In this document: positions 11,791-20,701 of the stretch, one piece after another | Numbering within the stretch: position 1 is the first letter of the stretch | Layout: every line of letters starts with the position of its first letter | Assembly: GCA_004764695.1 (NCBI GenBank) | Contig: SMSO01000035.1 | Coordinates: forward strand, 4,228,040 to 4,292,039 | Source: Schizochytrium sp. TIO01 | Taxonomy: Eukaryota; Protista; Bigyra: Labyrinthulomycetes | DNA: 64,000 nt | Direction: 5' to 3' | Program-made: the position numbers and the translations under genes | The notes under the pieces: model-generated | Told to the model about the DNA's origin: nothing | What the model saw: the letters and a program-made list of their open reading frames with translations, nothing else | The model's database searches: none

Positions 11791-11826
11791 AGCTGATTCG
11801 AGTCCTTACCGACTCATCGTCCGCAA
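11791..11826 (+). ncRNA. 36-nt hairpin leader of tRNA copy 9
   Basis: AGCTGATTCGAGTC-CTTACC-GACTCATCGTCCGCAA; TTATATA at 11762 (-29). Confidence 0.55.
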
Positions 11827-11913
11827 GCCGGAATAGCACAGTGGCAGTTGCGACCGTCTCATAGAACAAACTAAGATAGCGGCAGGTCGTGAGTTCGATC
11901 CTCACTTCTGGCA
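11827..11913 (+). tRNA. tRNA-Met(CAT) with intron, copy 9
   Basis: Identical to copy 1; oligo-T run follows. Confidence 0.93.
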
Positions 11914-12470
11914 TTTCTTTTTTTATTTCTTTTTCATATTTATAATTTAACCACTTCGTTACCTTAACACTCTCACGAGCCCGAGGGAATGAGGTTTTAT
12001 TTTTATAAAAACTTGATTAAAACTCAATCAAAACAATCAAACACTGATACTACAATGACAGACCAAGTTGCAGATCATCTTTAAAAAACCAGTTCCCCTC
12101 CCCCACTGTTTATGTATGTGACAACCTAATCTCTCATGGCTTGACTGACAACCTCAATGTCACAATCTGATTGTATTCTTCCGTTTTATTATTATTTTAC
12201 TTGTACTTAAAGCTTGGCATTGTATAAGGAAAGCCCTTCGTAGGTGCACAGGGGTCAGGATCACTAAAATTTTCCAAAGCAAAACGGGTTTTCTGTGAGT
12301 TCTGCCCAAAAGGTACATTTTAACTCATCGCCTCTGTACTTCTGAGTAGTGAGAGTGAAGGGTTTTCAAACAATTTGTTATTGATACCTATAGCCAAAGA
12401 CAGACTCGAGTTTTTAAGTACACAAAACTGTAGAGTAGGTTTATATATGGCATTAGCTTGCGGAAGTATC

Positions 12471-12506
12471 AGCTGATTCGAGTCCTTACCGACTCATCAT
12501 CCGCCA
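12471..12506 (+). ncRNA. 36-nt hairpin leader of tRNA copy 10
   Basis: AGCTGATTCGAGTC-CTTACC-GACTCATCATCCGCCA; TTATATAT at 12441 (-30). Confidence 0.55.
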
Positions 12507-12593
12507 GCCGGAATAGCACAGTGGCAGTTGCGACCGTCTCATAGAACAAACTAAGATAGCGGCAGGTCGTGAGTTCGATCCTCACTTCTGGCA
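12507..12593 (+). tRNA. tRNA-Met(CAT) with intron, copy 10
   Basis: Identical to copy 1; oligo-T run follows. Confidence 0.93.
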
Positions 12594-13204
12594 TTTCTTT
12601 TTCAATTTTTTTTTACAAAATTATTATTATTTTTTTTTTCCCTCCTATCTATCCAATGAAGGCCAAGCAACTTGAAGTTTAGTCAATAAGTTGAGTTTGG
12701 GTCAACAATGATAGTTTTGATGGGCTTGACCCGATCATGATACCGAAGAACCGATGAGGTTTGCGTGTATCTATCTAGGCAGCCTTGGTTTCTTTAACTT
12801 CACAAATGTGATTCTCTGTTATTCGCAATCTAAATCTGGTACTGCCTATTTTAAGTAAAAAGAAAGAAACCAGAAGAATAACGTAAGTATGAAGGCCTGT
12901 GGATGCACCAGCCAACTTGATGTTTTTGGGCTTTAGCAAATTAGGTTTGCAACTTTGTGTTTGTGAAGGAACTTGTGTTTAGAAGCGTTGTGCCGAATGC
13001 GAGAGTAACGTTCTCAGCAGGGTTGCTAGACTTGGGTTGGGGATAAGGATAACTGATTTGGTCAATATCTGTGCCATATCGATATATTATTTCTAAGAAA
13101 ATGTCTTGGAGGTTTGAGCTTTGACGCCTCAGACAACAGAAGGATAATCCTCAAGCGCTGGCACGTGAGACCTTGCAGTCCCGTTTGCCAGCGGCCAGAT
13201 CGCA

Positions 13205-14059
13205 ATGTCGCAAGAAGAAAGCCTCGCAACCCCACTGTTGACTGAGGCTGGGTTTCCAGACTCTGAGGTTCACAACGTTGAAGATGATGACGTTCACCTT
13301 TTGCAGAACATCCGCAGTGGGCACGAGCTTCGCTTGCTTAAGCACAAGGCTCCAAAACTCGTAGCGAGCGTAGCGTATTTGGTATACTTTGGAGTTGTTG
13401 TTTTTCGAAATCTGGCGTTTCTGAGGGTAGATCTTAATCCTGAAATACGGCGCCTGCCAGATGTTGGAATGGATCTGCTGCCCCTGATTGAGACCTGGTG
13501 GTCAACGATCACTTGTGAGGTGTGTTTCTGGTTGGTGCAATTGTCTATGCTTGCCCTCTTATGGTCTGCATCACGCCATCCACAAAGTCCTGAGGGAAAG
13601 AATAAACCATTTGCAGCAGAACTCCTCGAGACTTTTGTTTTTATGCTCATTGTAGGTCACACTCTACGTTTTCTCACATATATTTCAACAAGTATGCCTG
13701 GCCCTGGTCACGCATGTTTAGATAGTGATTTTACAGACACAAGACCCAAGACTGCGTTTGATGTGTTTTTGGGTCGTTTTTCCTGGGAGGTAGAACAGAA
13801 CTGCGGTGATCTCTTATTTAGCGGCCGTATCTACCAGTGTCTCGTTGTATTTCTAATAGTGCATCGCCATGGCCGTTCTGTCTTTGAGTATTCCTCTTGC
13901 TCTCACTTCATTTGCCTCTTGGCGGTTGCTCTTTGCACATTTGTGTTGGCTTTGTCAATGCTCCTAAGGCGCAATACATACACCGGCGATATCTTGTTGG
14001 CCATTTATACTGCACCATTGTTGTACCATTATGTAACGCGTGAACTCAAGTTCGTGTGA
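13205..14059 (+). CDS. Inositol-phosphorylceramide/sphingomyelin synthase-like membrane protein (PAP2_C) with catalytic His substituted
   Basis: LPDVGMDLLP, LRFLTYISTSMPGPGHAC, NCGDLLFSGR (family CGDLIFSGH/SSH), RRNTYTGDI (family RKHYTVDV); several hydrophobic segments. Confidence 0.85.
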   Translation: MSQEESLATPLLTEAGFPDSEVHNVEDDDVHLLQNIRSGHELRLLKHKAPKLVASVAYLVYFGVVVFRNLAFLRVDLNPEIRRLPDVGMDLLPLIETWWSTITCEVCFWLVQLSMLALLWSASRHPQSPEGKNKPFAAELLETFVFMLIVGHTLRFLTYISTSMPGPGHACLDSDFTDTRPKTAFDVFLGRFSWEVEQNCGDLLFSGRIYQCLVVFLIVHRHGRSVFEYSSCSHFICLLAVALCTFVLALSMLLRRNTYTGDILLAIYTAPLLYHYVTRELKFV

Positions 14060-14413
14060 GTGCTGCTCTACTTCTTCAAATCTTCATCTTGATGTCCTTT
14101 TAGTTTACTTAGCAGCTTGGTAAGGGTTCTTGCTGCTTTGCCAAATACATACAAATGATAGTTTAGGGGCAGGAGAAAACAAAAGTTGGTGTATCAGCGG
14201 CTTTTATTTAGGTCTACCATTCTAATCTTTAAAGCAGGATCCCCTATGCGCAATCAGTCGTTTTTCTTAAATCAGGAAAATTTCAAATAACTACAAATAT
14301 TATGATTATCAGAGTTTTTATGTCAAACAAACATCTACTGCGAAATATACGAAGAGGTACAAATGACATAAGGTTTGTGCTGGCTCAACCCCCTTGTTGG
14401 TGGTTCATGCAAC

Positions 14414-15592
14414 TCAAGAGTACTTTTCTGCAAATCTTTCGAACGCATCTGAGCGAGCAGCATTGCGGTTGCGGAACATAGCCAGGAGGCTTGGGTCGAC
14501 ATCAGCAAGGTCATCCTTGGAGCTCTTTTTCGCCTTCTTTGCCTTCTTGTCCTTGGAGTCATCAGTCGTCTGGGACTTTCCACGTTTCTTGACCCCAGAG
14601 TGCTTGACAACACGCTTCTTCTGGCGCGAAATGCGAACAAGGTTTGCCGGAACGTGTTCCTCAAGGTAGCCATCGTCGTCATAGAGGATATCATACTCTG
14701 GAAGCTCTGGAACATCGTCGTCATCGTCATCATCGTCATCGTCATTTTTAGCAGGTTCATGAACTTTGACAATTTCACCAGCGAACCAATTTGTCCCTCT
14801 GCGCCACTTCGCCTCTACAAGGGTGCCTACCGCAAAAGCAGGCGCCGTAGTTTCCTCGTCGTCGTCATCGTCATCAGCGGCAGCAGCATCTTCAATCTTT
14901 TCGGTCTCATCGGCAACGATAAAATCCGCTAGGGTGGGGTCATCCTCCTCTTCATCCTCCTCTTCTCCATCAAAGTCCTCATCCTCAGAGTCGTCAGAGT
15001 TGATATCAACCTCTTCTGCTGCATCGAGCTCGGCTTCAGTCATAATCTCGCTATTCTTAATGGTGTCAGCAAGCTCTTTTGGCAGTCGGCCATCCTCAGT
15101 CGCAGCGAGTGCAATCTTGCGGAAGCGCTCTGCATCCTCATCTCGAGATCCAATGATTGAGGAGAGAATCGTAGTCATGTCACCTTCATGGTCCTTGCAA
15201 TAATCGATGACATCACGTTCCTCAGCAGGTGAGTTGCGGAATTTGCCCAGGAACTCGTCAACATCTTTTTCGGTGACCTCCGTGCCACGAAATCTCTCGT
15301 ACGCAGACAAAAAAGTGTCACTCTCAATAGATCCTGTCCGGTCATAGCGCTTGCGCTTCGCAGGGTCTTTAAGGACCTCATACGCTTCTTGGAGTGCCTG
15401 GAAAGCTTTGCCATCATCATCTTTAGATTTGCCAGCTTTATCAGGGTGCACCACGAGAGCCCTGCGGTGGTATGCTTTTCTCAACTCTGCTGGAGTTGCA
15501 TCCTTCTTCACACCAAGGATCTCATACAAGTTAATCTTGCCGCCAGACTTCTTCTTACCGGCGTTATCGCCAGAGCTTTTGGGCTTGGCCAT
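14414..15592 (-). CDS. DNAJC9-like J-domain co-chaperone with acidic tract and Tudor-like domain
   Basis: J domain NLYEILGV...HPDK...YEVLKDPAKRKRYDRTG; DNAJC9-type segment FRNSPAEERDVIDYC..HEGDM; Tudor-like FAVGTLVEAKW..WFAGEIVKV...YDILYDD. Confidence 0.88.
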   Translation of the reverse strand: MAKPKSSGDNAGKKKSGGKINLYEILGVKKDATPAELRKAYHRRALVVHPDKAGKSKDDDGKAFQALQEAYEVLKDPAKRKRYDRTGSIESDTFLSAYERFRGTEVTEKDVDEFLGKFRNSPAEERDVIDYCKDHEGDMTTILSSIIGSRDEDAERFRKIALAATEDGRLPKELADTIKNSEIMTEAELDAAEEVDINSDDSEDEDFDGEEEDEEEDDPTLADFIVADETEKIEDAAAADDDDDDEETTAPAFAVGTLVEAKWRRGTNWFAGEIVKVHEPAKNDDDDDDDDDDVPELPEYDILYDDDGYLEEHVPANLVRISRQKKRVVKHSGVKKRGKSQTTDDSKDKKAKKAKKSSKDDLADVDPSLLAMFRNRNAARSDAFERFAEKYS

Positions 15593-16290
15593 CTTGCTTT
15601 TCTGTTGTTGCCTTTTCTTGTCTCGGTGGTGGTTGGGCCGTCGTTAGTTCTATTCAACTACCTAGTAGGCGAAAGAAACTACGCCCAGTCGATGATGCGC
15701 CAACGACCGCGTAGGCGCGCGCCAGAGGCTCCTAGGTCTTGAAAACGTTTGCAACAGAAGCTTTGAGACGTCTACGTCTGGTAGCGGCACTGTTGCGTGC
15801 ACGAACCAGAGAGTTTTCAACGTTATTTCGGAATTGCTGAAGAGCTAGAAGGCTAACTTGTTGAAAATTATGCTTTTGGATACTTACTCACTTCTACTAA
15901 CCACCTAGGTGTTCATAGCTACATATTACCACTATTGCCTCATCTAAGAACATGAAAGCGCAGACTTGAAAGGTTCTTGAGAGCACTTGCGACCGCAGGA
16001 TGATATTACAGGTTTCCGCAGGCCGGGTCTACTTTTGAAAGAGCTCAACAATGACTTTGACGTCTGGAAACATATAATCTATGCTACGTGGTAGTGCTAT
16101 TTCGTGAGATGAGTCGACTCTCCACAAAGAGCTCAATGTCAGAGAATTAACTACATTGAGGCAGCTGACCAAACTCTGATTCGAGCCGGTTCACGGAAGC
16201 ACTAATGCTTTAGGCGTAGCGTATTAGATAAGGCTGGCTCAAGAAAAGGATTATTGCGGAAACAAATAAAATCGTAATAATAGAGCAGGA

Positions 16291-18012
16291 CTAGCTGGCA
16301 GATGTCTTTGGAACGACAATGTCGGAGCGAGCCTTGGGGACGAGCCAAAGGTTGTGTGTAGATTGATCAGAGGAGTTGCATAGGCCCATAGTAAGTCCGA
16401 TTGTAGGGCATATGACGTTCGGGTCCTCATTTGACTCTAAAGTAAAAGAAAAATTCTGCAAAAGCGTTGCGGCCAAAAGCTTTGCTTCGAATTTTGCCAT
16501 ATCCTTACCAAGGCAGCTACGATTTGCAGCCTGAAATACAGGGAAGGCAAATGCATCAGGCTCAACAAATGGGATCCAGCGCTCCGGATCAAATTTCATA
16601 GGATCTGGATAGTATGCAGGATTGCGGCCCATTGCATAAGGAGAATACACGAATCGAGTGCCGGCAGGGAATTCTGTGCCATCAGGAAAGCAAAGGTCCT
16701 TCTGTGCGATTTTAACATTTTGGGGCACTGCAGGGTGTAGTCGCATGGCTTCATAGAGACAGCCATTCAAGTATGGTAGGTTGTATACCACTTCTTCGTA
16801 GGTCGGGGATTGGCCATTGAGGGTGTCGAGTTCCTCTAAGAGCTTTTGTTGAACTTGAGGGTTGATTGAGAGCTCATAAAATAACCAAGTAAGCGTGCAT
16901 GCTGTGGTATCGCGGCCTGCGATTACAAAATTGAGGACGATAGCAACAAGTTCCTCATCTGTCCAAGAAACGGCCTTAGAAGGGTCTTTGCTGAAGCGGG
17001 TGTCGCTTTTCAGAATGTTCGAGATTAAGTCTTCCCGGTTTTCGCGATCAGTTACAGCACGCAAGCGGGCAACCTTTTCGTACGTCATTCGGTGAAGGTC
17101 AGATATATGGCGCTCAAAGCTCTGATACTCCTTGCTTCTTTTCTGAAGAAGCTTCATGCAAAGACTTGTCGAAAAGTCATAAAAGAGAGGGCCAAAGGGG
17201 AAGGGCAGGCAAGCGATGGCAAGAAGTGCAGGCGTTTCACCCCAGTAAAATTGCAACATGGAGCGGTGTGCACCGTCGAAGGCGATAGAAACAGCCTCAC
17301 AGTCCTCCTTTGATGCTTCCTCATCCCCAAAAAGGATTTCTTGGATCGATTCAAACGTAAATGTGAAGAACTCCTTTTGCATGTCTATTGGAGTCGCCCC
17401 CTTGGTCTTATCGCACGTGTTCTGAGCAGAGTTCTTTTCTGCAATCGGGCGCAAAGCTTCAACCATAGATTTAGCATGGCGCTGAAATACGGCAAACATC
17501 ATATTGGAGAATTTTGCCCGAGTAAAAATCAACGCAGCAGCTTTCCGCTGCCGATACCAACGGTCGTGCTCATCAGGGTGCATATCACCATGGCGAAGAA
17601 CAAAAATTGAATGCCCAATAAATTTGCGCATTAATCCGAAAAGCCTGTCATCAGGACCAGGTTTGGTTGCATTAGCGAACTCATCCTTTAGCATAAACTT
17701 GATTGCCTTTGGAGAGTTAAAGACAACTTCAAAACCTGGCATTTGCCATTTGACGAGATCTGCATCTCCATAGGGCAGAACCTCGTTGGCGGAAAAGTCG
17801 AAGAAGTGATTGAAGTTCTTGGCAACCTCCTTGCCACTCCAATCCGTGGGTTTTCCGGGAAGGTTTTTGGTGGCTCTCTTGAATCTTATCATCATCCGTA
17901 GAAAGAGAAAGCCCTTTACAGACATTTGTATAATCACAAAAGCCGCATACGCTTTAAGTAAAGTTTTGACCTTGTTGACTCCCTCGAGTCGGCTCAGGAC
18001 TGATTGCCCCAT
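16291..18012 (-). CDS. Cytochrome P450, CYP86 clan (CYP704-like), paralog 1
   Basis: N-terminal membrane anchor, WYRQRK, I-helix NFVIAGRDTTA, EAMRLHP, PERW, heme loop FQAANRSCLG. Confidence 0.93.
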   Translation of the reverse strand: MGQSVLSRLEGVNKVKTLLKAYAAFVIIQMSVKGFLFLRMMIRFKRATKNLPGKPTDWSGKEVAKNFNHFFDFSANEVLPYGDADLVKWQMPGFEVVFNSPKAIKFMLKDEFANATKPGPDDRLFGLMRKFIGHSIFVLRHGDMHPDEHDRWYRQRKAAALIFTRAKFSNMMFAVFQRHAKSMVEALRPIAEKNSAQNTCDKTKGATPIDMQKEFFTFTFESIQEILFGDEEASKEDCEAVSIAFDGAHRSMLQFYWGETPALLAIACLPFPFGPLFYDFSTSLCMKLLQKRSKEYQSFERHISDLHRMTYEKVARLRAVTDRENREDLISNILKSDTRFSKDPSKAVSWTDEELVAIVLNFVIAGRDTTACTLTWLFYELSINPQVQQKLLEELDTLNGQSPTYEEVVYNLPYLNGCLYEAMRLHPAVPQNVKIAQKDLCFPDGTEFPAGTRFVYSPYAMGRNPAYYPDPMKFDPERWIPFVEPDAFAFPVFQAANRSCLGKDMAKFEAKLLAATLLQNFSFTLESNEDPNVICPTIGLTMGLCNSSDQSTHNLWLVPKARSDIVVPKTSAS

Positions 18013-18979
18013 GACGTTGAGGCTGCAAACAGATAACTATCTTCTGGTCTGGAGTGGTCCCAGGTCTCTGAATCTCCGTAGGGTCTCTGCGTTCGCCTAC
18101 CTTGTAGTCGAGGTGTCGTCGGCGCCTCGCGGTCAAGACGTGCCCTCGCAACCCAAAAGTAATGAGAGAAGTACAGTTTGAAGTTTGGTTCGTGCATTTT
18201 TGACACCTAAAGTCTTTTACCACTTTCCAGGGGACTCTGTTTCTAATTTCCAAACCTGCAAAATTTCAGGAAAGGTCAAAGACATGAGCTCCGGAACGAG
18301 TGCATCATTCGTGTTGATTCTATCGACGCCGCGCCGCACATGCGTAGCTGCAGCCTCAGACAACCCAGATTTTCATGGGCACAAGTCTTCAAGTTCTGCT
18401 AATTTGATGAAATGTTGTGCGCCTGAAAAAATCTAGATGATACCTTTCTTTTTATCGCTGTTTTATTTTAATTTTTATAAATTTTAATTTGTAGTAAAAT
18501 AAAAAAATATTAAATTAAAAAAAAAAAGTTTTCGTTCACATTGACGGTACCTAAGCCATTGCAAAAATGTATCTATATGAAGCACGTGCCAAGATACCTA
18601 CTAGTGGTTTATATTTTGCTTGTCCAAGCAGACTGCAGATTTAGAATGTCCGGGTCATTAAGCTATTTCTAACTGTGATGAAAGTTTGCTTTTGTGAATT
18701 GGCAAGTGGCTGGGTTGGTGAGAGGGATTGACATCCGCGTTGACGTCAGAGAAATGACCTCGCAAAATGAAGGTTGCATAAACCGTAGTGAAGTTAGTAT
18801 TTTGCCGAGGTCAGGAGCTTTACAAGAGGACCCCCCTCCCGAACGGGGTTCGATTGCTACGAACTGAGGTGGGGTAGTCAAGGTCACTGCGCAGGTTTGG
18901 CTATTTTGATACGAAATAGGGAGTATGAAATGACTTGATATTTAGTTGGCGATGAGGTAAGAGAACACGTGTCTAATTA

Positions 18980-20701
18980 TTAATTAGACACCTCTCGAAG
19001 ACGAGGTACCAGCCAAAGTTTGTGTGAGGACTGGTCAGATGAGTTGCAAAGGCTCATAGTAAGCGCAACGGTGGGGCAAATCACGTTAGGATCCTCGTTG
19101 GCTTCAAGGTCAAACGTAAACTTTTGCAAGAGCATTGCAGTGAGTAGTTTGGCCTCGAACTTGGCCATATCGCGACCCAGACAGCTTCGGTACGCGGCCT
19201 GGAATACTGGGAACTCAAAAGGGTCCGGCTCTGTAAAGGGAATCCAACGTTCAGGTTTGAACTTGAGGGCATCCGGATAGCGCTCTTCGTCGCGACCCAT
19301 AGAGTAGGGATGAAAGATAAGGCGACTGCCCTTGGGAATCTTTGTGCCATCGAGGTATTCTAAGTCTTTGGTGGCAAGTTTGATATCTTGGGGAACTGGG
19401 GGATGCATTCGCAGAGTCTCGAAAAGACAGCCATTTAAGTATGGCATGCCATTGACAATCTCTTCATACGTAGGAGAGCGGTCTCCAAGAGTATCAATTT
19501 CAGCTTGCAGCTTTTCTTGCACGTCCTTATTCACGGATAGCTCGTAAAAGAGCCATGTCAAAGTACAGGCTGTGGTGTCCCGCCCTGCAATAATGAAGTT
19601 TAACACAATTGCGAGAAGTTCCTCATCGGTCCATCCGATGCTTTCACTTTGGCCATTCTTTGCAGCAAAGCTCTTGTCATGATTAATGAAATTCGAAATA
19701 AGATCCTTGCGATCAGCAAGATTAGGGTCGCTTCGGAGCTGTTGAACTTTCTCACGAGTAATGCGGTGCAGATTGTTTCTATGAAAGGAAAACTCACGAT
19801 GATCTGGGTGTACCAGACGTAAGATCTGATAGCATGGGCTAGTCCAAAGACGATCAGAGCGCAGGGCGCCAAACGGGAAAGGGAGGATCTGTAATAAGAG
19901 CAGCAACGGCGCTTGCTTGATGATGCAACGCATCATGGCACGGTGCGTGCCATCGAAGGCGATGGCTGCATCATCGCGATCGCGACCACTTACGGTGTCA
20001 ACGTCATCCCCAAAGAATATTTTTTGGATAGAGTCAAAGGTGAATGCAAAGAATTTTTCTTGCATGTCCACCGCGACTGCTCCTTTATATTTGTCGTTTG
20101 TTTTCATTTTCGCATTTTCTTTGGCCGCGTTCTCTAAAGTCTTCAACATGATACGCGCTTTTGCTTCAAACACACCAAACATCATGTTTGAAAACTTTGA
20201 CTTGGTAAAAATGAGCGCAGCAGCCTTGCGCTGGCGGTACCAGCGGTTATGATCTCCAGGGTTCTCTTCGCCATGACGCAAGGTAAATATAGAATCTCCA
20301 ATGAATTCTTTGAGGAGAACAAACAATTCGTCTTCGTCGCCTGTTTTGGTAATGTGTGCAAATTCATCTTTGAGCATAAACTTCACAGCGGGCGGAGAGA
20401 GAAAAAGAATCTCGCGCATGTTTCCTTGCCATACGATGAGGTCTTCGCGCTGATGAGGTTTTACTGTCTCTGCGCAAAACTCCGTGAATCGAGGAAAGTT
20501 GTGAGCAAGCTCAATGCCTGACCAGCTAAAGAGGCTACCGCTAAGATGAGCAGTTGCCTTTCTAAAACGCAAGTACAAGCGTGCAAAGATGGCCAGCTTT
20601 ATCGCCATGTGCAGACCAGCCAAAACAGCATAGATCCCGAAGATTCTCCGAGCAAGCTGTTTATTTGGACTTGAAGCGATCTTGGTACTGATAGCTCCCA
20701 T
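18980..20701 (-). CDS. Cytochrome P450, CYP86 clan (CYP704-like), paralog 2
   Basis: NFIIAGRDTTA, ETLRMHP, PERW, FQAAYRSCLG; clear tandem paralog of 16291..18012. Confidence 0.93.
   Translation of the reverse strand: MGAISTKIASSPNKQLARRIFGIYAVLAGLHMAIKLAIFARLYLRFRKATAHLSGSLFSWSGIELAHNFPRFTEFCAETVKPHQREDLIVWQGNMREILFLSPPAVKFMLKDEFAHITKTGDEDELFVLLKEFIGDSIFTLRHGEENPGDHNRWYRQRKAAALIFTKSKFSNMMFGVFEAKARIMLKTLENAAKENAKMKTNDKYKGAVAVDMQEKFFAFTFDSIQKIFFGDDVDTVSGRDRDDAAIAFDGTHRAMMRCIIKQAPLLLLLQILPFPFGALRSDRLWTSPCYQILRLVHPDHREFSFHRNNLHRITREKVQQLRSDPNLADRKDLISNFINHDKSFAAKNGQSESIGWTDEELLAIVLNFIIAGRDTTACTLTWLFYELSVNKDVQEKLQAEIDTLGDRSPTYEEIVNGMPYLNGCLFETLRMHPPVPQDIKLATKDLEYLDGTKIPKGSRLIFHPYSMGRDEERYPDALKFKPERWIPFTEPDPFEFPVFQAAYRSCLGRDMAKFEAKLLTAMLLQKFTFDLEANEDPNVICPTVALTMSLCNSSDQSSHKLWLVPRLREVSN

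Larger units (their letters stand above)
5634..12593 (+). repeat. Array of 10 same-strand tRNA-Met(CAT) genes, 8 with a conserved 36-nt leader
   Basis: The 86-87-nt gene recurs at 5670, 5867, 6257, 6470, 6961, 7447, 7985, 11363, 11827 and 12507, separated by AT-rich spacers. Confidence 0.95.

Noticed and set aside
5634-12593. CRISPR-like repeat-spacer array
   Set aside because: The repeats are tRNA genes with oligo-T terminators, spacers are long, variable and partly homologous to each other, and no cas genes are present.
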